DNA of 64,000 bases from a virus (Duplodnaviria; Caudoviricetes): the IMG/VR virus record IMGVR_UViG_2765235901_000002, positions 7,161-71,160 of that record; one strand, given 5' to 3'. A program made the position numbers and the translations under genes. Positions 56,182-63,401 of this stretch are shown here, in pieces (position 1 is the first letter of the stretch; each line of letters opens with the position of its first letter). The notes below the pieces were generated by a model. That model did not search any database. It was not told the origin of the DNA and saw nothing but the letters and a program-made list of their open reading frames with translations.

Positions 56182-58344
56182 CTAGAGCCCTGCCCCGGTC
56201 AACGCCTCGGCGATGACCGGGGCGATCTTGGCTGCATACTCCGGCGTCATGTGGCTGTAGTCGTGTTTGACGGGTGTCGATCCGACGAAGCTCGGGCAAT
56301 AACCGCTGGTGGTGCAAAACCATGGACGTGAGTCGATGAACAACCCGTTGGCCTGCGCCGCCAGTTCCCGTTCGTTGCTGGCTCGTTCGGTCCACGTCGT
56401 GGTCACTCGCGAGATGCAGTCTGCGGGACTGTTGAGGCGGTTGTAGCAGTCCCCGATTCGAATGTCCGAGGGCGGCGCGGCGAGGAACACGATCTTGCCG
56501 ACGTTGCCCGCGAACTGAGACGTGAGCGCGTTCATTCCGGCAGTCCACTCGGCGCTGTCAATAGGGCGGTACAGGTTGGCGATGATCACCACGTCAGGAC
56601 GGACCTGGTTCACCGCTGCGATTGCGTCGGCCTTGCGTTGAGGGCACGCAGCGCCGAGCGTGTCGTCGCTCTCGCGTAGATCCATTCCCACGAACGCGCA
56701 ACCGAACATTGCCTCGTTCTGCACTTTCCACTGCCCGCCAGAGTTCGCTGCGAAGTACTGCAGCGGCCGCACGTAAGTCATCGCAACGGAGTCGCCGAGC
56801 ACCATGATCGTCTTCTCCGCAGCAGCGCTGCCCCAAGTGCACGATGCGGCGGGTAAGCGGTCGACAAGTCCACACCGCGCGGTGTCAGGTGGTGCCTGTG
56901 GACCGTCGATCGCGGCTTCCATCGTGGGATTGAGGTCCGGCCATGCCGTCGCCTGCGTGGCCTCGTTGATCTCGTCGGTCAACTCAGCCTGTAGCTGTCC
57001 GGCCACTAGTGGATCGGACAACGCGGGCGCGGCGTCGGCGCTTGCGTTCACGGCGACGGGCGGAACGATCGTGACCGTCGGTGGCACCAACGCGATTGCG
57101 GCGAATCCAACGGTGAACAGCATCGCGGCATTAACACCGACAACCTGATTCTCGCGCGACATCTTCTTGGGCTTCGGAAGTCGCCAGCGTGACTTACGGA
57201 GCATCGAATTCTCGGTGCTCTCGCTGGGGGTGGAGAGCCACCCGGACTTGCGGATGGGGTCCTCGAAGTAGTGGTAGCTCAGGACTGCGAACGAGAACAT
57301 CAGTCCCAGCGCGGCGACGTAGAGGTAGGGGCCATCGTCCATCGCTGCGCCGAGCAGGATGATCACCGGCCAGTGCCAGAGGTAGAGCGAGTACGAGATG
57401 TCGCCGATGTAGGTGCTCGCCCGGTTGGTGAGCACGGAGAGGAATCGGTGCTCACCACTCACGCCCGCGGCGATCACCATCGCTGCACCGAGAACGGGAA
57501 GCGCAGCCCAGGGCGCGGGGAAGCCTCCGCCGGTTTCGGAAATCGCGAATGCGCCGATGACGATGGCAAGCAGGCCGGTCCAGGCAATCACGGGGCGAAG
57601 GACGTCGGGGAGGCGCTCGAAGTAAGAGATGGTGATCGCCAGCAACGCTCCCACGCCCAGCTCCCAAACCCGGGCGAACGTTGAGAAGTACGCCCACGTC
57701 GGTGACTCGGCTGTGTTCCACACCGAGTATGCGAACGACGCAACGACCACCGCGCCCATGACCGCGGCCGACAGCGCGAGCCGGTGCCGGCGCGAGCGGG
57801 CACCCACGGCAAGTCCGATGAGGACAATGACAGCGGGCCACACGAAGTAGAACTGCTCTTCCACACTCAGTGACCAGTAGTGCTGCAGCGGGGACACGCC
57901 GTTGCCTGCGGTGAAGTAGTCGGTGCCCTCGGCCGCGAACCGCCAGTTGGCGAAGAACAGGAACGACGCACCGGCGTCGAGAAGGGTCGACTTCGCGCGA
58001 GTAGCGCTCAGGATCAGATATGACGCGATGACGGTGGCAAGCAGTACGAGTGTCGCGGCTGGGACGATTCTGCGGATGCGTCGGCGATAGAAGTTCGCGA
58101 ACGAGATGCGGCCGTACCGCTCCTGCGTGTGCAGCAGTGACCCTGTGATGAGGAACCCGGAGATGACGAAGAATACGTCGACTCCGATGAATCCGCCTCG
58201 CGGCCAGTCGAACAGGTGCGAGAGGACGACCAGCATCACGGCCACCATTCGGAGGCCTTGGATATCGGGGCGCGGCCCGGAATCTGCATTCTTGCCAGCG
58301 GCCCGAGCGCGGTTGCGAAGCATGGTCGTCATGCGCGACATCAT
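56182..58344 (-). CDS. AT3 acyltransferase fused to SGNH domain (OafA-like)
   Basis: RPDIQGLR, GVDVFFVISGFLIT, RRIRRIVPA, HYWSLSVEEQFY; GDS and C-terminal DYSH; start uncertain (58344/58332/58323). Confidence 0.93.
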   Translation of the reverse strand: MMSRMTTMLRNRARAAGKNADSGPRPDIQGLRMVAVMLVVLSHLFDWPRGGFIGVDVFFVISGFLITGSLLHTQERYGRISFANFYRRRIRRIVPAATLVLLATVIASYLILSATRAKSTLLDAGASFLFFANWRFAAEGTDYFTAGNGVSPLQHYWSLSVEEQFYFVWPAVIVLIGLAVGARSRRHRLALSAAVMGAVVVASFAYSVWNTAESPTWAYFSTFARVWELGVGALLAITISYFERLPDVLRPVIAWTGLLAIVIGAFAISETGGGFPAPWAALPVLGAAMVIAAGVSGEHRFLSVLTNRASTYIGDISYSLYLWHWPVIILLGAAMDDGPYLYVAALGLMFSFAVLSYHYFEDPIRKSGWLSTPSESTENSMLRKSRWRLPKPKKMSRENQVVGVNAAMLFTVGFAAIALVPPTVTIVPPVAVNASADAAPALSDPLVAGQLQAELTDEINEATQATAWPDLNPTMEAAIDGPQAPPDTARCGLVDRLPAASCTWGSAAAEKTIMVLGDSVAMTYVRPLQYFAANSGGQWKVQNEAMFGCAFVGMDLRESDDTLGAACPQRKADAIAAVNQVRPDVVIIANLYRPIDSAEWTAGMNALTSQFAGNVGKIVFLAAPPSDIRIGDCYNRLNSPADCISRVTTTWTERASNERELAAQANGLFIDSRPWFCTTSGYCPSFVGSTPVKHDYSHMTPEYAAKIAPVIAEALTGAGL

Positions 58345-58426
58345 GCCGTACCGCGCGGTCTCTCGCGCCCTGATCATTCGCCTGAATGACGAGACTGGCG
58401 GCACCCGAACGCATATCGTTCGGCGC

Positions 58427-58600
58427 ATGACCGAACAGAAATGCGCCACGTGCCCCGAGATTGCGACCCGCTACTACGGAAAGACCAAAGCCTCGCACCT
58501 GCTCGCGCAGAAGGATGTCTTCGAGTGCGAGAACTTTCACCTCACGTCCGAGGGCGGCGGTTTCGTAGAGGCCGATGACGTCAACAAGGCCTCGTCCTGA
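58427..58600 (+). CDS. small Cys-containing protein
   Basis: MTEQKCATC...ECENFH. Confidence 0.55.
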   Translation: MTEQKCATCPEIATRYYGKTKASHLLAQKDVFECENFHLTSEGGGFVEADDVNKASS

Positions 58601-58611
58601 CCCGCCCATAA

Positions 58612-58646
58612 CGCCAAGTCTGTCCCACATTGGGACGGCTTTGGCG
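58612..58646. terminator. hairpin, possible terminator
   Basis: CGCCAAG..GTCCCA-CAT-TGGGAC..TTTGGCG. Confidence 0.45.
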
Positions 58647-58659
58647 GTAAGGTCACGGC

Positions 58660-58887
58660 ATGACATTCGTTATCTTCGCGCCGGCCAAGGACAGTCCGTC
58701 CACCTTCTCCAGGGAATGCGAGGTGGAACAGGTTCCGAGTGTCGGGGAGTTCGTCTCGTTCGACGATCCGACTGCCGACGACGGTCCGTACTTTCGAGTG
58801 ACAAGTGTTCGATGGGCTGTCCTACCGCAGGGTGGAGCAGAGGCGATCGTCATCATGGAGCCGGCACCCGAACTGGACGACGAGTGA
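58660..58887 (+). CDS. hypothetical protein
   Basis: VPSVGEFVSF...YFRVTSVRW. Confidence 0.65.
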   Translation: MTFVIFAPAKDSPSTFSRECEVEQVPSVGEFVSFDDPTADDGPYFRVTSVRWAVLPQGGAEAIVIMEPAPELDDE

Positions 58888-58898
58888 GGTCTGGTGGC

Positions 58899-59279
58899 AT
58901 GGGCGTAGTCGAATTTCTCTTGGCCCGCATCGATGAGGACGAGCAAGTGGCAAGCGCGATCGACAGCAAGCAACTCGACTCGGGATGGTCGACGAGCTAC
59001 AACCAGTTCGGTCTCGCAAACACTCCGCCCGGTTGGTACATCACCCCGCACATCGGGTTGGCGTACGAGGAAGAGGGCGCTCGGCACATCGCGCGATTCA
59101 ACCCCGAGCGTGTTCTGCGTGAGGTGACAGCAAAGCGAGCGCTCATCAAGTCGACGATCAAGCGCATTGAGGAGGGATGGGGCTACCACGGCAACGAAGG
59201 TATCGTCTGCGCCGATCTCCGGCCGATGGCTGAGGTGTACTCCGACCACCCAGATTTCGCTTCGATCGTGTGGGAGTAG
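58899..59279 (+). CDS. DUF6221-like protein (copy C)
   Basis: EFLLARIDEDE; C-terminal 60 aa nearly identical to copy A. Confidence 0.8.
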   Translation: MGVVEFLLARIDEDEQVASAIDSKQLDSGWSTSYNQFGLANTPPGWYITPHIGLAYEEEGARHIARFNPERVLREVTAKRALIKSTIKRIEEGWGYHGNEGIVCADLRPMAEVYSDHPDFASIVWE

Positions 59280-59593
59280 TGACACCGCAGCGCAAGGGTG
59301 TGGTCCCGGACGCTCTCGCGGATCGACTCCGTGCCGCTGTCGCCGCTCAGTCGGAGGCGGTCGTAGAGCTGCACGCTGCGATCGCTGCGGCACTCCTCGC
59401 GGGCGGGTCGGTGCGTGAGGTCGAACGGATCTCGGGTGTCCCTCGGAACACGGTGGAGCGGTGGGGCCGGCGCGGTGGCTGGCCGTCCGCCGAGCAGAAG
59501 GCGCAGTGGGCCGAAGAGAAACGCAGGCGCGACGAGCTGGCCGAGAAGCTCGACGCTGCACGCAGGCAACTGGACGAACAAGGGGAGCAGTAG
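59279..59593 (+). CDS. HTH DNA-binding protein
   Basis: GGSVREVERISGVPRNTVERWGR. Confidence 0.75.
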   Translation: MTPQRKGVVPDALADRLRAAVAAQSEAVVELHAAIAAALLAGGSVREVERISGVPRNTVERWGRRGGWPSAEQKAQWAEEKRRRDELAEKLDAARRQLDEQGEQ

Positions 59594-59944
59594 ATGCCGC
59601 ACTACATAGTGAAGATCAGTCCCGACGAAGATCTGTACGTCGACTGGTCGACCATCACCGACTGCCCGGCAGTGTGCGGCGACCGTGCCGCTCTGACCGA
59701 GGCGCTCGGCCCGGAATCGTCCGGTCCTGAAAGGTGGGAGCGAGCCGACCGCACGGGTAGTTCCTCCCGTGATGGCTTCTATGACTGGACCGATGACGAG
59801 TTCATCGCCGAACAGCGAGGCATCGTCAAGCGGAAGGATCTGCCGGAGATGGCTCGGTGTCTGTACGCAGGCCTGCCGTACCCGCACATCCTGCACCCGT
59901 TCGAGGATGGGCACATCAACGACAAGTGGTCAGCCAATGGCTGA
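59594..59944 (+). CDS. hypothetical protein
   Basis: RBS GGGGAG. Confidence 0.7.
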   Translation: MPHYIVKISPDEDLYVDWSTITDCPAVCGDRAALTEALGPESSGPERWERADRTGSSSRDGFYDWTDDEFIAEQRGIVKRKDLPEMARCLYAGLPYPHILHPFEDGHINDKWSANG

Positions 59945-60281
59945 GCCTCACGTCGATCAGGACATGCGCGAGCTCGGCACGATTTCCTGGTTCGCGGGTC
60001 AAGGACCGCGGGCGAATCAGGTGCCGTACGTCGGAGACTGCGATCACTCCCTGCAGCGGGTGGTCGGCTGGGGACCGGACGAGAAGCACTACGAGTTGTG
60101 CGAGTGCGGCGACTGCGGTGCTCGAGCCTGGTCGGATGGCAGGGCCCGCGACACAACGCCGTGGCTCGTACCCGCAGTTCTTGGCAAGCATGCGTATGAC
60201 GAGGCCTTCCCCGAATTGCCTCCGGGGGAGTACTCACTCGCAAGTCTTCCCATCATCGAACGGCCGAAGCGTCGCGGCTGA
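59937..60281 (+). CDS. hypothetical protein
   Basis: MAEPHVDQ...; CECGDCG. Confidence 0.65.
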   Translation: MAEPHVDQDMRELGTISWFAGQGPRANQVPYVGDCDHSLQRVVGWGPDEKHYELCECGDCGARAWSDGRARDTTPWLVPAVLGKHAYDEAFPELPPGEYSLASLPIIERPKRRG

Positions 60282-60329
60282 CGCGACATCAGCGCGAGCA
60301 TCTATGGGCGCGCTGGGATACTCGTCGGC

Positions 60330-60473
60330 ATGGCTGACGAACCAATCTTCACCCCGCCCGCCGACGAAGGACAGGCCGGATGGGTGCTGCTCCCGGACGG
60401 CCGCCGCGGCTACCGCTACGAGGGCTCCGACGACGTGATCATCCACAAGGAACCCGCAGGGGAGAAGACATGA
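60330..60473 (+). CDS. small hypothetical protein
   Basis: MADEPIFTPP...; ATGA-coupled to the next gene; not in ORF track. Confidence 0.5.
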   Translation: MADEPIFTPPADEGQAGWVLLPDGRRGYRYEGSDDVIIHKEPAGEKT

Positions 60474-60703
60474 GCGACTGGCATGAGGCCTTGGCGGCAT
60501 CGGAGCGTGAGCTGGGCGCGCGGTACGCCGCGGGATCCGACTCGCGAGGGCTCATTCAGGACGCCATAGAGCACTACATGCAAGCCTGCCTCTTTCATCT
60601 GGACGGAAACACATATCTCGGCGCAAGTGGCAACGACTCGAAAGAGATGGCCCGATTCATAGGTCGATGCCTGACCGCCGCGGGGTTCTCGGTAACGCGC
60701 TGA
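60470..60703 (+). CDS. hypothetical protein
   Basis: MSDWHEAL... after GGGAG. Confidence 0.6.
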   Translation: MSDWHEALAASERELGARYAAGSDSRGLIQDAIEHYMQACLFHLDGNTYLGASGNDSKEMARFIGRCLTAAGFSVTR

Positions 60704-60704
60704 C

Positions 60705-60929
60705 CTATCGGCTACGGCCATCGAAGCTGCTGTCTGTGCACTCGCCGGTCATCGGCGGTGTGTAGACCACCTTGCCGCACTCCCGGCACGCATGAGTCCG
60801 GTGGTGGTGGATCTCGCAGGAGCAGACCTGAGACCCGACGAGCACCCGGCCGCCGCGAAGTTCGTGCCCCGCTGGGCAGTGACTAGGCGCGCGCTCTGCC
60901 CATCGATCGCCGATCCGGTACAGCTCCAC
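60705..60929 (-). CDS. small Cys/His-rich zinc-binding protein
   Basis: GTG after GGAGG; CPAGH...CSC...HRTHACREC. Confidence 0.7.
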   Translation of the reverse strand: MELYRIGDRWAERAPSHCPAGHELRGGRVLVGSQVCSCEIHHHRTHACRECGKVVYTPPMTGECTDSSFDGRSR

Positions 60930-61012
60930 AAACGCCCTCCCGAACGTAGTAGCGGGACACGATCCAGGCTTCCCTTCCTGACCGCGTCCCGCTGACCACA
61001 ACCTAACAGAAC

Positions 61013-61028
61013 TCGAACACCCGTGCGA
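61013..61028. promoter_or_regulatory. LexA (SOS) box, one mismatch
   Basis: TCGAAC-ACCC-GTGCGA vs actinobacterial TCGAAC-N4-GTTCGA; next to minus-strand extended -10 TGT-TAGGTT (61000-61008). Confidence 0.6.
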
Positions 61029-61096
61029 ACAGTGCCGGTGTTTTCTCATGCCCGCATGCGGGCTCACAGGTCCCCCAACAAGGGAGGGAGACAGCC

Positions 61097-61450
61097 ATGC
61101 TCGCCTGGCTGCTGAACCGCGAACCCCAATGGGTTTGCGACATCCACGCGCACATCCGTGTCGCGGAACAACGAACCAAGGAGTACATCATGAGTGCTGC
61201 ACAGGACACCGTCGATCAGCTCACCGCCCAGGTCCTCAAGTCGAAGGACGAAGTTCTCGGCAAGATCGCCGACCTCGAGGCTCAGGTCGCAGCCGGGGAG
61301 ACCCCCGACTTCACCGAGCTCAAGGCTGCGGTTCAGGGTGTCGATGACATCGTCACCGACGTCGTGGTCCCGGCCGAGCCTGAGGTACCCGTCGAGACGC
61401 CGGCCGAGCCGGTCGACGAGACCGTCACCACGGAAGAGCCCACCGCCTAG
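61097..61450 (+). CDS. coiled-coil hypothetical protein
   Basis: RBS AGGGAGG; QDTVDQLTAQVLKSKDEV... Confidence 0.7.
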   Translation: MLAWLLNREPQWVCDIHAHIRVAEQRTKEYIMSAAQDTVDQLTAQVLKSKDEVLGKIADLEAQVAAGETPDFTELKAAVQGVDDIVTDVVVPAEPEVPVETPAEPVDETVTTEEPTA

Positions 61451-61530
61451 ACTGAACACTGCTGGACGATCCACCCGCATGGGTGGGGTAGCTCAGCCGT
61501 CAAGGCACACAGCCTCTTCCGTACGAGAAT

Positions 61531-61566
61531 GCTCCCCATCACCTTCGGGTGGTGGGGAGCATTTTT
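61531..61566. terminator. strong terminator between convergent genes
   Basis: 13-bp stem GCTCCCCATCACC/GGTGGTGGGGAGC, TTCG loop, ATTTTT. Confidence 0.85.
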
Positions 61567-61570
61567 GCGT

Positions 61571-61753
61571 TCAGTCGACCTCGCCGAGACGGTGGTGCTG
61601 CGCGAGCTCCTCAAGCAGATCGATCTCGTCGTAATCGAAGACGGCGTGCCGGCCGCGTGGGGTGAAGGTGATCTCGGCGTCTTGGAGGAGTGCGTCGAGG
61701 TCGTAGTGCTCAGAGTTGATGTTGAGGGTGCGGGCAATGAGGGTGTCGGTCAC
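61571..61753 (-). CDS. small acidic protein
   Basis: GTG after GAAAGG; TDTLIARTL... Confidence 0.6.
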   Translation of the reverse strand: MTDTLIARTLNINSEHYDLDALLQDAEITFTPRGRHAVFDYDEIDLLEELAQHHRLGEVD

Positions 61754-61766
61754 GGCGAGCCTTTCG

Positions 61767-61795
61767 GGGCAGAAGTAAAGATCGTTAGTTTTGCG
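61767..61795 (-). repeat. 29-bp inverted repeat, left copy
   Basis: Exact reverse complement of 62473-62501. Confidence 0.9.
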
Positions 61796-61893
61796 AGGGA
61801 ATGACATCCACAGGGTCTTTGGGTGAAGGCAAAAATTGTTAGTTTTAGTCAGCAACCTGCTTGGCCCGACCCTTTCGGGCCGGGCCTTTCGGC

Positions 61894-62106
61894 TCACTCG
61901 GGCTTGCGGTGGCTCTGGTTGCCTCGCTCGGGCTTGGTGTATCCGCAGCGGCGGTAGATGGCGTCCAGGTCGTAGCTGAACTCGATGCTCATGCCCTTGT
62001 TTCCAAGTCCGTCTACCCATCCGCCTGCGGTAAGGGCTGTGGCGAGGAGGTCGGCGGCGGTGACGGTCTTACGGGTCTGGCTGGCGAGTGTCTCTGTGTT
62101 TGTCAT
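61894..62106 (-). CDS. small leaderless protein
   Basis: ATG 6 nt after TATAAT. Confidence 0.7.
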   Translation of the reverse strand: MTNTETLASQTRKTVTAADLLATALTAGGWVDGLGNKGMSIEFSYDLDAIYRRCGYTKPERGNQSHRKPE

Positions 62107-62112
62107 AAGGCA

Positions 62113-62141
62113 ATTATAGCATCCGATAGGAAGTGACGCAA
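62113..62141 (-). promoter_or_regulatory. sigma-A-like promoter P1 with operator in spacer
   Basis: TTGCGT-17-TATAAT; operator at 62119-62134. Confidence 0.88.
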
Positions 62142-62175
62142 GCGGAATTGGCGAAAAGAAATATTTATTTTCGAC

Positions 62176-62204
62176 TTGCATGGCATCCGATAGGATGCTA
62201 CAAT
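62176..62204 (+). promoter_or_regulatory. sigma-A-like promoter P2 with operator in spacer
   Basis: TTGCAT-17-TACAAT; GCATCCGATAGGATGC at 62183-62198. Confidence 0.88.
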
Positions 62205-62210
62205 TAACGT

Positions 62211-62435
62211 ATGAGCAAAGCAGAGATCACCGCCAAGATACTTACCGACATCATCACCGCGGCCGGCCACAGCACCCGCCACTTCGACATCAAGGCCACC
62301 CTCGCTGCCATCACCGCCCACAACGAGGATGAGGGCACCGAAGCCCCGGTCGACATCGAGACCGCCACCGAGTGGCTGGACGAGACCGGCACGCAGGGCA
62401 TTGGATACCAGCTCTGCCCCTGGCTGGAAGCGTGA
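62211..62435 (+). CDS. small leaderless protein
   Basis: ATG 6 nt after TACAAT; hairpin after the stop. Confidence 0.75.
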   Translation: MSKAEITAKILTDIITAAGHSTRHFDIKATLAAITAHNEDEGTEAPVDIETATEWLDETGTQGIGYQLCPWLEA

Positions 62436-62472
62436 GGGGCAGACCCCTCGGGGTCGGCCCATGTGATTCGTG

Positions 62473-62501
62473 CGCAAAACTAACGATCTTTACTTCTGCC
62501 C
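62473..62501 (+). repeat. 29-bp inverted repeat, right copy
   Basis: CGCAAAACTAACGATCTTTACTTCTGCCC. Confidence 0.9.
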
Positions 62502-62693
62502 AAACTCACGTCTTGGGCAGAAGAGAACCCCCAGGGGCTTCCTGGGGGTTGGTGTGTGGCCGTCTCTCGTTTCTACCGTCGACCCGGGTCGTTACCCTCA
62601 TGGCGTCGTGAGCGGGTTTCTTAGTCGCTTGCGCGATACCCTCTGTCCTCGTGTTCGGTGAGTCTGTGAGCCACTCTCTTTTGTTATAACTCA

Positions 62694-62722
62694 ATTGTAG
62701 CATCCTATTGGATGTGGCGCAA
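62694..62722 (-). promoter_or_regulatory. sigma-A-like promoter P3 with operator in spacer
   Basis: TTGCGC-17-TACAAT; operator at 62700-62715. Confidence 0.85.
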
Positions 62723-62725
62723 GTG

Positions 62726-62938
62726 TTATTTTCGGGCGTTCTCGAACTCGTCTAGAGCGTGCCAGTGGTCGACAGTCTCGGGTAGCCACCCGAACCAGAC
62801 GCGGCCCTCTATGCCCACCTGAGCGTCGGGTTCCGGGAACGATCCCTCGGGTGCCTTGGCGGACATCAGCCACTTCAAGCGGTTGATGGGGACGCCGGTT
62901 CGGGTCTCGATGTCCCGAATCGCGAGGAAGATCTTCAT
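62726..62938 (-). CDS. AlpA/excisionase-like HTH protein, candidate repressor
   Basis: FLAIRDIETRTGVPINRL...FPEPDA..G...GW.PETVD.W; leaderless, with TAGGAT 6 nt upstream overlapped by an operator (62943-62958). Confidence 0.7.
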   Translation of the reverse strand: MKIFLAIRDIETRTGVPINRLKWLMSAKAPEGSFPEPDAQVGIEGRVWFGWLPETVDHWHALDEFENARK

Positions 62939-62996
62939 GCGAGCATCCTATCAGATGCCACATCGGTCGTTGCGCGAACTAACAATCTGGGTATTG

Positions 62997-63401
62997 CTAC
63001 CCGGCACTGATCACAGCCTCGACGGTCGCCTTTCCTGATGTCTCCTTCTGCACCAGCACCTCGCCACTGTCGTAGTCGGTGAGTGTCGTCGTGCATGTTC
63101 CACGGGTGGGTGATGTCGTCACGGACAGGGTCGCGTCGTCCATACCTTCACGAGTCCCGTAGGTCGACGAGAACGACTCCTGCCCGCCGGCGAGTTGCGT
63201 CGTGGGATTGCGCCCGATCAACGTCTCTTTCACGCCACCGGTGCCGTAGGACGCGCTGACGCCGGCTACCCCGTCATCTCCGCAGTCGACGGTGGCAACG
63301 ATGCTGGCATCCGGCCCGGTGACGGTCGGGATCTCAGGCTCGCTCGAGCTACATCCCGCCATCAGAAGTGCACCAGCCGCGACGATCAGAGTCCGTTTCA
63401 T
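62997..63401 (-). CDS. lipoprotein
   Basis: Signal peptide and lipobox LMAG-C followed by an S/T-rich region. Confidence 0.8.
   Translation of the reverse strand: MKRTLIVAAGALLMAGCSSSEPEIPTVTGPDASIVATVDCGDDGVAGVSASYGTGGVKETLIGRNPTTQLAGGQESFSSTYGTREGMDDATLSVTTSPTRGTCTTTLTDYDSGEVLVQKETSGKATVEAVISAG

Noticed and set aside
61447-62020. Long tracked ORFs 61447-61737 and 61571-62020
   Set aside because: They cross terminators and the inverted repeat; shorter RBS- or promoter-supported ORFs fit better
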